Shown piece after piece: positions 14,430 to 31,443 of a stretch of 64,000 nucleotides of DNA. The position numbers and the translations under genes were made by a program. The DNA lies in the NCBI GenBank assembly GCA_003344405.1, contig NOWV01000150.1, forward strand, positions 1 through 64,000, in the 5' to 3' direction. How positions within the stretch are numbered: position 1 is the first letter of the stretch; the number at the start of each line of letters is the position of its first letter. The notes beneath the pieces are model-generated. The model did no database searches, was not told the origin of the DNA, and saw nothing but the letters and a program-made list of their open reading frames with translations. This DNA is from Trichoplax sp. H2. Lineage: Eukaryota.

Positions 14430-15150
14430 GTAGTACAGTACTGTATAAATATTTTCAGAGAATTCTGTACAGTACAGTACGGTACAGTACAATGTACTGT
14501 ACTATGCACTGATTACGTCGCCTAGTAAAGATCTCTGCGCAAACGCAGTTAGTGCAAAAATCTACAGTATGCAGCATGCACTACAGTACTGTACAGTAAA
14601 GTACTGTACGGTATACTGTTGTACAGTACAGTACAGTACAGTACAGCACAGTACTAATACTGTAGAACTGTACCAGTACTGATAATGTGCAAAGACGAAA
14701 GGCTGTTGTGGACGAAATGGCGAAAGGATCCAAAGATAAAATGAAAAAAAAGAAGAAATTAGAGGAACGAGAAATTGTGAAGAAGCTTAAAAAGCAGGTT
14801 GATTGTAAATTGATTTATAATAGTCGAATTAAGTCATGTGAGGTATATTGNNNNNNNNNNNNNNNNNNNNGGTCAAATGCTTGAATGGAATTGGAAAACT
14901 AGCCTAGTGCTAACAGTAATCTTAATGAACATGATAGATATCATACCACACTTACTGGTCTAAACTACGGTAGTATAAATATTTTCAGAGAATTCTGTAC
15001 AGTACAGTACAGTACAGTACAGTACAGTACAGTACAATGTACTATGCACTTATTACGTCGCCTAGTAAAGATCTCTGCGCAAACGCAGCTAGTGCAAAAA
15101 TCTACAGTATGCAGCATGCGCTACAGTACAGTACAGTACTGTATACTGTA
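14430..15150. repeat. ACAGT/ACTGT arrays in the divergent RAP1GDS1/LARP7 promoter (present in both duplicate copies)
   Basis: (gtaca)n runs at 14457-14500, 14581-14680, 14997-15040 and 15121-15150. Confidence 0.85.
14851..14870. other. Assembly gap (20 N)
   Basis: Run of n characters. Confidence 1.
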
Positions 15151-15350
15151 GGGTGTCTCGTAAAAAATTACCGACGATTGAAATCATATGAAAACACAAT
15201 TTCAACACCAAATTAGACAAATTTGGTATCAGTCTATTACAAATAAGATGCTATATGTATATATATAATTTAAATTTATATAAAACGTGCTAAAGCTACT
15301 AATATTAGCACTTAAAGTCAAAAGTATTTATATAAATTCTGGCGTTTTTC
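15151..15350. mobile_element. Insertion present in only one duplicate copy; left end resembles a Tc1/mariner-type MITE terminus
   Basis: Absent from copy 1. Begins TA|GGGTGTCTCGTAAAAAATT and has internal inverted repeats (gtgctaa/ttagcac; aatttatataaa/tttatataaatt). No matching right TIR seen. Confidence 0.4.
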
Positions 15351-15451
15351 TACAGTACGTACAGTACATTGTAATAAGGGTTACAGTACTAATACTGTAG
15401 AACAGCACCAGTACTGATAATGTGTAAAGACGAAAGGCTGTTGTGGACGAA

Positions 15452-18400
15452 ATGGCGAAAGGATCCAAAGATAAATTGAAAAAAAAGAAGAAATTAGAGG
15501 AACGAGAAATTGTGAAGAAGCTTAAAAAGCAGGTTGATTGTAAATTGATTTATAATAGTCGAATTAAGTCATGTGAGGTATATTGCAACGATACAATGTG
15601 CATTGAATGTACGAACTGCGCCAGCTCCACTGCTAAGCAATCCTCAGCTTTGGCATTGAGTGCACACATAATGTAGTGGTTAGTAAATTAGTCAAAGAAA
15701 TTTCCAGTTAATGCAATAGAATGCACTTCTCCAAATTGTTTTCACTCTTATAAAATGGACAGTCAACACATTTTCCGCTGCACTATACTTCTCTCTCAAT
15801 TATTTTGATATATTGATACTGTACTACAGTCTACAGCATTTAAAAGCGTATGATTACCCACGTTTTAAGCTGAGCTATTTATACTGAATGGAGTTGTTAG
15901 CTTACTGTAAATAAGAAAATTACTTTTGAATATACTGTAAGTGTATTCCAGCCCTAGTTTATACGATATTTCTAATTACGGAACTAAAATAACGTTATAA
16001 ACTTTCTGACAGCCTGTTAACTAGCTATGGTATCATGCCTGCTTAGATAGACTGATAATTATAATTTATCACACATGCATTATATCGGTATTAGAATATA
16101 CTTTTGCATGCAGATATAAAGTTACGATTTATGCCCACTACGCTTATGCAGTACAACACAATTTAAGAGCAGGACTCTAAGCCAACCATCAAAATAAAAA
16201 TGATGTAAACTGTCTTGTATTACAGCTATAAATAGGGTCAGTACGGTAGTGGACTGCTTACACCACTATTATGAACTCTATCGCACTCGACTTACAGTAG
16301 CTGGTAAAAAATTTGATTGCTTGTCCTATGATCTGTAAGTTGTAACGCTAGCTATGTAACATCATAAACCTTTAGAACTACTAGTTCTAGAGTTCCATAG
16401 TAACATGCAGGCTATTTATTTTATAGATATGATTATTATCTTTGTTTTTCTGAAGGCTGTTATATGCGCGTACATTATACCCGAACAATAAATTATGCTG
16501 CACAATCAATACTGAAATAAGCTAACAGCGATACATGTGCAAATATCTAGATATGCATACCGATGTGTTACAAACCTCATTGTTTTATCAAAGTTTAGAA
16601 GCATTTATGTTCATTAATAACATAGATAACGTCCAATTAAAATAAAATATACGTCTTTTGTAGTTCGAATTTTATTTTAGCGATGCAAATCTGCAAAAAG
16701 ACAAGTTCTTGCGCAAGATGATTGACGAAGACGAAAACGGATGTAAGTTAATACACTTGATTACTATATACAAATGCAGGAAACGAGTACTGTAGATAAG
16801 CCTGCTGTCTATCTTAAATCCAGTTTTAGGAAAACGCTGTATTAAAGGTTATAGTATAGTTAGGCACAATTTTTCAGTATAGGAGTAATTTTATAAACTA
16901 GTTGTTGCGCATGAAATTAAGAGGCAAACACCTTGTGGTGACCCAACGCACTGCTGAACCGTTACTTTACAGTCTACAAGTGTCAGAATCAACACGTTTT
17001 AATATCAAGCTATTTCAGATTTAGAAATATTATCGTTTTAATAATGTGAGATATTAATATAGAACACTGCACGTCTACAGCATAGCAAACTATTACAGTA
17101 ACTTTATTTGATGACTGCTGTAGTATTACTAACCTGCTGAAAAGCGAGGCATATTATCTTAATGTTATTCTATTGTATATCTTCAAGATGTCGACGTTGC
17201 TATATTTAAGAAATTCAACAAAGTTAAAGCCCTCACTGACAATTTTAGCTTAGTTATTAAAGCTATCAAGATGTTAGATGGATTAGAGGTAAAGTACGAA
17301 CTGAACTGTCTGTAATCAGGCTGCTTTGCCCTAACATATCTAGATTGCATTGGATTATGTCAACGTTAGCAATTTAGCATAATTATCTTTATAGATGAGT
17401 GAGGATGGAGAAAGGATTAGGCGTCGCACTACGATACCAGCTGCAGAATGTATTGATGAAAGAACGATCTATGTGGTATTGGATTAACTTTAATTGCACT
17501 TTCATGTAGAAATGATGTCTAAGCTATTGTAATAGCTATAATTTTATTATTTAAATATCTCTTTATCTATAAATTACAATTCTTATAGTTTAGTTATGCT
17601 AACTTTTTTTGGAATATTACAGGATGCAACTATTTTATAACGATACTAAACATGGTGTTAATTGTTTTTGTCTAATTTAGGAAGTTATCCCAAAGCGCGT
17701 AGATCACGAGTGGGTGAGGAAGCACTTTGATAAATTTGGAGAAATTCTATATGTAAGGTGAGTAGATCATAGTTCGCTTCTATCGTTTTAGATAATGTTA
17801 TTAGTTTAAGTGCCAATTTTTGTTATAACAAATACAATACAACTAAAAAGTACGATAATCGTCTGACCTTATTATTCTGGTATCAAATCAAACGAAAGTA
17901 TCCCGAAATATAAAAGTACAGGAGACAATAAAGGTTTTGCCTTTGTTGAATACAAGGATCCTGAGAATGCACAGAAAGCCTGTAGAGTATGCCGACAATA
18001 GAAAATAATATTTTATTACCGAAAACGTTAAATCCTATCTTAACGCAAACAATAAAACTGCGTATTATCTATAGGCGTACATCGAAAATTCAACATTTAA
18101 TGATTCAGAACTTGAAAATAATTCTGGACAGGTAGTCAAATGATATGCAATTCTTTGACATAGTTTATAGCCTAAAATTATCTTTTCTATCATTAACAAT
18201 ATACTTTAGGAGTCCGTAAATGTTGACCACCTAGTTAAGAAAAGAAAATTGAGCGATGAAGACGTTAAGAAAGCGATACAATCGATCGAAAAAAAGCCTA
18301 AAGTAGATAAAGGAGAAGAGAAAACCGTCTATAGTGAAGTAAAGTCTGATTACAATAATTCAGAGATGGATAAATCTAATCAAACGGTTGGAAAAGTAAT

Positions 18401-19687
18401 AGGAATACTATCTAGTAAAGTAGTTTGGTTAGAATAACTAAGCGTCTTTGAATATCTAGAATCGTAAGGATAGTGATAAGAAAATTGATGAAACAAAAGA
18501 TTCGAAGGCCGCTTCGCAACGAAAGCCTAACGCAACCAATCAGCCGTTTAAAGTAATCTCAAAGTGAGTTTGATCCAGAATTCGACTGTCTTTTGTTTTA
18601 TTTCATCAGTATAATTTTATAAGTATTTCGTAAAAATTATCAACCTTTTCAATGATAGACTTAAATGGCTCGAATATAAAATGCAGTATAAGGAACAACA
18701 GAAGGAACGTATGAGAAATATTAAACAGGATTTCAATAGAGAATCAGATGTAGCAGAACAGCCAATAAATCGCAATAAATCCAATATAAGCTATCAACCG
18801 GGTGTAATTTTGTGTGTTAACAGCTCAAGCGACGATGGATTACAAAAGAAAGTTATTAAAGTACGTTTGAAAAGTTCATAACGTATACTTCGACTTCAAT
18901 TTTTTGATTATAACCTAATTCTTGCTTTAGGCTAGTTATTGCGATTTATTTAATCATATTATGAATGTATTTTATACAGTCAATGATACCAGATGCGGTG
19001 AAAGTTCAATATATCGATATCATTGATGGAAATTCTACTGTAAGTTTCACTAAATTCTTTGACGTAAACATTAAATGCGGTATCTCTACACGTTTACATA
19101 AATTTTAAATTATTTTTGTACTTATTAGGGTTATATTCGATTAGCGTCTGAGGATGATACTAGCAAATTATTAGAAAAATTCAAAGACACTAATTTAAGT
19201 GAATCTAACTCCGAAATTAATCTTAACATTAAGTGGCATAAACTGGAAGGTAAAATGTTCAAGTAGAAATTTATAGAGGAAATCTTGATGTTTTTGTAAC
19301 GACTAATAAAAATGTATGTAGTAACACTACTACATTAGCTTCATCATATAAAGATTTTTGTATTTGACTTTGAAGGAGTAGAAGAAGAAAAATATTGGAA
19401 AAAAATAATTGAAGATAAGAAGCACCGAACTCATAAACAATCTGTCCGAAAGAACAAGAAGGGATCTGAAAAGGTAATGCAAAATTGCTTACAGTAGAAT
19501 TGAAGTAAAATTTGCTTTTCATTCAGTATCGATGTTGACATGGACGTACTGGCATATTCATATTTATGCAGAGCTTCCATACGTGTACAACTAATTTCTT
19601 AATCAACCCTTAATCTAGATACTGAATAAAGCCGAAAAGAGAGTTTCGAAAGCGTCATCATCGCATATCTTCTTTCCTGATAGTTAA
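15452..19687 (+). CDS. LARP7: La-related protein 7 (La motif, RRM1, C-terminal xRRM)
   Basis: Exon 1 MAKGSKDK...KKQ (15452-15532); La motif FEFYFSDANLQKDKFL; RRM ERTIYVE...YVSIPKYKSTGDNKGFAFVEY (human [20 protein letters not shown]); xRRM YQPGVI...GYIRL...EEEKYWKKIIED; C-terminus ILNKAEKRVSKASSSHIFFPDS*. Confidence 0.9.
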
Positions 19688-20743
19688 ATGGCTGAATAAA
19701 TTTCCTTGGAAATATCGTAGTCCAAAATTAGTCATAAAGTTAAAATTTATGACACGCATTTGAACTTGTTTTATTACTGTATAACTTATTCTTTCAATTA
19801 TTTAATTCTCTCATGAAGCTGTATCTTTTCTATTGCTCACTCAGATGATATGTAGATGTTTTATATTAATATATTAGGCTGTGTTTGGAGCTAACTATGG
19901 TTTAGGCTGCTGTACATCTTTAAAACATTGTCTAGCACTGTACATTTGTAGGTAAAGGCTGTTAATTAAAAGCAGTGTATCATGCTTGATTCGTTTTTAT
20001 CCATGTTTCTTTTCATTTATTTATGATTACGGCGATATAACTTACGTATCGTCAATTGTATGATGGCTCTGATCTGGTAATTATGATCAAAATTTATATC
20101 AATTTCGTAAGGCTATACAATACATAAGGGAAAACTTTATTTTAAGGGAGTACGCAGCCTTCATCAACATTCAATTCAGTATTTAGTTCGAAAATAACGC
20201 TTTTTCTAAAACTTACAACAATCATTTGCTTACTCCAGACATTTTATCGTTACGGCTATTTAATCACATAAAATCACCTTTCATGGTCAAAAATCTGTTC
20301 TAATTCAAATCCAATTCAAGTTTTCTATAATTGAATAACTTGTATTGAATATTGAATATAGAATATAACTATTATGTCAAGTAACTATCTTCGATGTTAC
20401 AATTCAGAAAAAGTACGTTTCAGAAGATAATTAAGTCGAATATTAGGTTAGGATGTCGCATGAAGAGATTGGTTATTACACTGCCTGATTAATTATCGTA
20501 CCCGTTTGCTTTATATGAACCATAAGTAATATAAAAGTTATTAATGATAACTATAATTCAATAGCAAAAAAATATCGTATCGTATAGTAATTTACTTAAT
20601 AAGTTTAAGTCCAATCCGAAATGACATATTTCTCGGGTGAGCTCCAAAAATTATGTCCTAAATTGCTCGATTCAATCTTTGATATTCATGTCAAAGTACC
20701 AGAGTTGGCATACTTAATTGATTTCCCAAATTCTCCAAGAAAT

Positions 20744-25329
<4,586 letters not shown>

Positions 25330-25449
25330 GGTTTCAAAGATCGCTCACCACAGTAGCTGTTAATGGCCACTTGCAAATAGTTGTCGGATTTTAAATGGAC
25401 TCGGATAGTAATAAATGACGTCTGGTGATGACACACCCTTAGCCGTCTA

Positions 25450-25640
25450 GAGTACAGTACCACACAGTACTATGTACTGTAACCTACTGTACCAAGGACT
25501 GTGCACTGTACTGTACAGTACAGTACAGTACTGTACACTGTACTGTATGCTAGGAATTACTGAGTACTGTGTATACAGTACAGTACAGTACAGTACTCTA
25601 GTCCCTGGCTATGTACTGTACAGTACAGTCTGTACTGTAT
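25450..25640. repeat. ACAGT/ACTGT array just upstream of GMPPA (second array at 26170-26250 toward POLK)
   Basis: actgtactgtacagtacagtacagtactgtacactgtactgt and similar runs. Confidence 0.85.
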
Positions 25641-25714
25641 GGAACTGTCGTATTGTGCACGTGGACAATGGACATTCGACTACCACACCTTGTGTCACAC
25701 TACAAGGCAAAAGG

Positions 25715-25865
25715 CAGGGGTGTCAGTCGTATGGCCCCAGCCGGACGGAACCGAACCGCCCCGCCAGGGGTTCAGTCCGGTCCGGTCCGTGGGATTTTTG
25801 CTTAGTTTCTGTAATTTGATGAGTTGACTGGTCTAGCCCCCTTGAGATCAGATTAAGCTATACTG
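25715..25865 (+). mobile_element. hAT (Charlie-like) non-autonomous DNA transposon remnant
   Basis: GC-rich island starting CAGGGGTGTCAGTCGTATGGCCCC...CCGCCAGGGGTTCAGTCCGG...GTGGGAT, later GGTCTAGCCCCCTTGAGATCAGATT. This resembles, from memory, the CAGGGGTGTC termini and GGCCC-rich subterminal repeats of hAT-Charlie elements. Right TIR and 8-bp TSD not found. Confidence 0.6.
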
Positions 25866-27022
25866 TACACAGTACAGTTTAAGACCATTATTGCACAATG
25901 CACAGGCTGGGCGAGCCCTGTGAAATAGTTGAAAGATGTTCAGCGTTGCTTTAAATTATAAAGAAATGTGTACATACCTTAAATTTGGCTCCAATTCCAT
26001 GCAGATAGATCAATACAACCTTGAGTAATTGCCTCTTGATATTTGATTACTTTTTATTGCAGTATTGAAGAATTGTATTTCTTTCAATGTTCTAATACAA
26101 ACTATCAGTCGCTGTTACATGTTCGGTCGCTCGAACCAATTTACAAGTCACGTCGTCATACTCGTCTATACTTTACAGTGTACAGTACGGTAGCAAAGTG
26201 TTTGGCACAATACAATACTGTACACTGTACACTCAGTGTACAGTACAGTGTTTGGACCAGATGAGGCCGGAAATGTCTGTCCGTCCAAGAGTGTTGGGTC
26301 CAGGTCTTCTTCCAGCAGCCAACTATTTCAGTTACTATTTCAATCTTCGCAGTGTCTGCTATGGACTACTAAAATACCAATGTTAATAATTTTAGTAATC
26401 CATGTCCATGCCATGACTGTACTGGATCATAAATGAGTGTACATAGCGACCCTTCTCTCTATTTGACTCCTATTTCAAAGTCGATTTGTAGTACATCAAT
26501 GATCGCTACAGTGTCCTGAATGTCAGCATAACAATAGACAAGATTGTCCCTTGACATGTCCATACACGTCCGTACGATGTTCTGTATGCACAACATTTGC
26601 AGGGCTGGTTCGCGGAAATGCTCTAAAATATCCTACATGGTTAGACGATTGCTTCGATCTATTCAAGTGGAGTCTAGACGATTCGTAGGAGCTATTTTAG
26701 ACAACGTTCACACACTATCGTTGGAATAAACGTAGTAGGCAAAGAGTGAACAAGGCGTAGAGGACGGTATACGTCGACGGACTGGTGTACAATTGCACCT
26801 ACATGCCTACGTCGATTTCAAATGATGCTGTCCAACCTGCTAATATACATACTGTAAACAGTTCAGCAGCAATCATATTCTAACCGTAGTATCATCTTAA
26901 TCAGAGACTGCATCTTAGAAGATATCGATATAGCTCAAGTTTTCTTAAGAATAGTATAAATGGGATGACGATGAAATGGATTGCAATATCACCTATGCCT
27001 AATTACTAATCAATCCATCATT

Positions 27023-30000
27023 ATGGAAAATGAAATGATTGAGATAGAAAATTTCTCCGATCAATGCGATGAATTCAATGATTTCCATTCTCAAGATGAT
27101 ATTAGCGATGATGATTGGCAAGGAATATTAGATGATAATAATGATACAAGTAATACCAAATTATCCGATAATACCCAAGAGAGTGGTAATTCTACCAAGC
27201 AACAACTTAGCGACAAAATTGCTATGGCTCGCATGGGATTAAACGATAGCAAAGCTGGCATGAATGGATTAGATAAACAAAAAATCAATCGGATCATCTT
27301 AGAAGCGACTAAAGGCTCGCGCTTTTATAATAATGAAATGAGAAAAGAGAAACAAGCAACGGAAAGAGTTACACGACTAAAAGCAAAATTAACCAAGATA
27401 ACACAAGCGCAAAGATTAGCTGCACTAGATGAATTGAAACGTATGGAAAATCAGTTAGAAACTACCCGAGATTTATCTCGATTTATTGTCCATGTCGATA
27501 TGGATGCATTTTACGCTGCTATTGAAATAAGGGATAATCCTAGTCTGGCCGATAAACCCATGGCAGTAGGTGGTACTGGAATGATGGTAAGATGAGTAAA
27601 ATAGAACTCTAAATTTAAAAATTTCCACGTTTTATCCCTTGTATGCCATCTTCAATTCATTGACGGTATATTTTACAGCTTACCTCCAATTATATTGCAC
27701 GTCGATACGGAGTTCGAGCCGCTATGCCTGGTTTCATCGGTAAAAGACTTTGCCCAGATTTAGTCTTTGTTAAACCTAATTCTGCCAAGTATGCACAAGC
27801 TAGTAAAGAAGTCAGAGCAATTTTAGCTGAATATGATCCGAATTTCGCATCAGTCAGCTTGGATGAAGCTTACATGGATTTAACGGAGTACTTGGAAGGT
27901 AGAAAATGTACTTTCCCTAGCAGCCATGTTGAATTTACCGTTCCTCAGCAGGATTTAACTGAGGATATGTTAAAGATTCTTAATGAAGGTTTATTAATTA
28001 TATTATTGAGCGTTTAACGTTGCTAGAATTGTACTCTATCATCTTAGATGTCAAGATTTAAATTAATGCAGAAGGTATTTTATTTATTTATTTCAGGAAA
28101 TCATCTTTTACCATTAGATAACAAGGAAAATGATCAAGTTGCCCCTCCAACTGTTGATGGCGTTGATAGTTATAATAATTGTTCGTCTAATTCATCAATT
28201 AGAAAAGTATCGTTTGGTCATACCATAGAAGATGTCATGAGAGAAATTCGATTTAAAATTAATCGAAAGACAAAACTTACAGCAAGTGCTGGTATAGGAC
28301 CCAATAAAATGCTAGCTAAAATTTGCTCTGATTGGAAGAAACCTAATGGACAATTTAAAGTAGAATTTACTCGAGATAAAATAATAGAATTTATGCGACA
28401 ACTTCCGACTAGAAAGGTACAGCATTGATTAAATTTAAAATCTTTCATCTACATGGGAGGATCAAGACCGTCACTAAATACTTCAACTCTTACTGTTATC
28501 TTTAATATTTCCTTAAGATTTCAGGTATCGGCAAAGTCAGTGAGAGATTACTAAATGAGATTGAAATTTCGAACTGCAAGGAACTCTATGATAAAAGAGA
28601 TTTGATTTATTTGCTATTCTCCAATGTATCAACAAAGTTTTTCTTAGCTGTTGCAATGGGCATCGGATCCAATGAAGTTAGTAGGTAAACAGAAACTAAT
28701 TCTTTTCGCATTAACTGGCTTCTGGAACGCTCGAAGGAATCCTTTCAAAGAAATTCAATCATACATCATACTAATGTTTTGCTTTTTCCTTTTTTGCATC
28801 TTAAGCAAAAATTATCAAAGAAAAAGTATTAGTTGTGAAAGGTATTAACAAATCTCTAATAATTAATGAATTAATTAGAATCACTGCGATCGAACATTTT
28901 TCGTAGCATTACGTGTATCGTTGTTTATGAATTATAGTAACTGACAGTCAGTGATGAATTATTATGTGATGCTAGTTTGCGTAATATACATGTTATAGAC
29001 ATATTGTAAAAGTCTATTACCCTACTCATTGCACAAACTATATTAAATATTCAATTGACACTATAGGACATTTGGAGAAATTAGTAGATTAGCAGACATG
29101 CTCGTTAAATGCCAGAAACTATGTGATAATCTGGCAAACCACATGAAGAAAGAGAACATTACGGTAATTGCTAGAATGAACTATGTGTACTTTAACTCAA
29201 TGTAGAGTGCGATATAACATACACATGTATCGATTATAAAAAAACAAGGATATTAGCATTGGCCCCAAGTATAAAGTCACTTTCTTCATTACTCGCTTGC
29301 TAAATTTACCTATCCATAAATTTTACGTATACGATTTTTTAGGGTCGATGTTTAACTGTGAAACTAAAGACCGTTGCATTTGAGGTTAAACAACGCTCAG
29401 TATCGCTAAAACACCACACAAATTCTACAACTGAAATGTTTAACATTGCATCAGAAGTTATTCGGTCAGAACGTTTAGCTTGCCAACCCGAAAGACTTCG
29501 TTTACGATTGATGGGAATCAAAATGTCCACGCTAAAACGTCATGAATCGGATGAAAAATCTATACAAGATACGTTAACACGTTACTTTAACAAATACGAT
29601 GAAAACTGCTCGCAATCGCAATCGACAATAAATGAATCAAGTAAGAGTTGTATCAACATAGAACAGCATAAATTAGACGAAAAATCTAAGCCAGACAAAG
29701 TAACTTGTTACTTTAGTAAATACGACGAAAATAGCTCGCAATTGCAATCAACAATGAAGGAAGCAAGTAAGAATTGTGACAACATGGAAAAGGTTACTTG
29801 TCCTGTATGCGACCAATTCTATGTTTACAAATCTGATGAAACATCGTGGCTAGCGTTACTAAATTCTCACATAGATACTTGCCTTCAACAGCCTGAAACT
29901 ATGAAACCATCTCAGTCACATAACGACTCTGTAGGAAGTTCAAAAGGAAAAGGTGTTAAGCGACGTAAGCTACAACATAATCGTATGCAGCCTACTACTG

Positions 30001-30053
30001 GTAATAAAACACTTCATAATTTTTGGCAAGCAAAAGATAATACGCACCAATAA
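27023..30053 (+). CDS. POLK: DNA polymerase kappa (Y-family, DinB)
   Basis: N-clasp [109 protein letters not shown], one UBZ (CPVC...HIDTCL) and a C-terminal PIP-like KTLHNFW. Confidence 0.96.
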
Positions 30054-31443
30054 ATTGTACTTTACTGTAATTTATTATCCTATTACTGTCAGTAACTTTG
30101 ATTCTAGCATGCATTTATTATACCATCTTTTCAGAACATTGTAATATATTTCTAATTCATTACGGCTACTATTGATCTACACCTACAGGATTGTGCGATA
30201 CTTGTTTAGGAGTCGAGAGCTATAAAATGGACATTTCGGCTTGTATTTAATTATGATTGTTAGTTTCTTATTTGTTGGGCATGTTATCATACCCCGTGAA
30301 TATTTGCCATTCATTTAAGTCAATTAGTTTGAATCAGCTACCAACAGCAAGAAGTTCAATTCTTACGATACCACTATGGTGGTTTATTATATGCATATGC
30401 TCGTGTACATAATGTAAATAGTTATGACTTCAATACATAATCGATTCTATTTGCTCAATACTTGAAATTTTCTCTGTATAGCAGACTGAGAAAATATCGT
30501 AAATTTAATGGTTTCTAATATCATAAAGTTGTGTAGCTAATGGAGATTACTGTATAAATACGTATAGTATTTTTATATTCCGATTAATACAATTATACGT
30601 AACGTATATCATTTTTAATAAAAAGACATTCCGATTACTTGATGTTTTCCTTAAAACACAATTACAACTTTAAGACTTAAAGGCTACAATTGGCCAAGTA
30701 TTTATTACGAATGATCCAATGCCTTTTAAGTGGCAAGTAATTAAAGAAATTGTCTACCCTAGATCTAAAATAAATTGATAGAGCATTGCATTAGCCCGTA
30801 TTCGTGAAATAATCTTAGAAAGGTTTATTCATGATATTTCAGAGTCATGTAAACTCTTAAACAGAGTTGATCCAAATATTCGATAAATAGCATAAAGTCT
30901 ATCTATGAATTTAATTAATTAATTTAATACAAGTTACTCCGCATAATTTGTGTTAGGTTTAATTATTTTAGTAGATTAACGCATTCTTCCTTCCAAAATA
31001 TATAACCCAGTCTGATACTTACCTATAGGCACGTTAGGTTTTGTCACCACTTCTCAAAATAGCTCTTTTTAAAAGCATACAATCACTTCACATTCCGCCC
31101 AAAATTACAATTTAACGTGAATAAGAAGGTATTTATAACATTGATAACCGATAGTAAAAATATACATTTAATATATATAATTATATACACATAAATGTCA
31201 AACGAATCTTTAAAATTAAAACTATTAGTTTAGGTAATTCCTAAATGGTATTATTATTATACAAATAAACCTAATGAATAGTATTTACAGAGTGCTTATA
31301 GTGATAATTGAGGTTCTATAGAAATGGACAAAGTATTTGCGCGTTTCAGTAACAAATTCATACAGATTTACATTGTTCATATTCACTTGTTTAGTGATCA
31401 TGCATTGAGTACACTCATACATTGTATAAAAATCATTTATACT

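Larger units (their letters stand above)
14331..15585. repeat. Direct duplication (14331-14850 vs 14871-15585) flanking a 20-N gap; probably two uncollapsed haplotypes of the RAP1GDS1/LARP7 promoter and LARP7 exon 1
   Basis: Both copies start ggtcaaatgcttgaatggaattgg and end aagtcatgtgaggtatattg. They differ by SNPs, ACAGT unit number and a ~200-230 bp insertion. Confidence 0.9.

Noticed and set aside
14687-14884. Apparent second LARP7 gene start
   Set aside because: Near-identical copy abutting a 20-N gap; most simply an uncollapsed haplotype rather than a paralogue.
25472-25827. ORFs rich in Y/C/T/V/Q/S/L (also 7969-8368, 26043-26436, 40004-40201, 40604-40786, 46269-47281, 55277-55642)
   Set aside because: They are translations of ACAGT/ACTGT arrays (STVQY/YCTVL periodicity), which lack stops in several frames; not credible proteins.
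28509-28517. TTCCTTAA resembling a U12 branch site in POLK
   Set aside because: It coincides with the acceptor itself, and the donor (gtacag) is U2-type. No RTATCCTT donors were noticed in the introns I checked.
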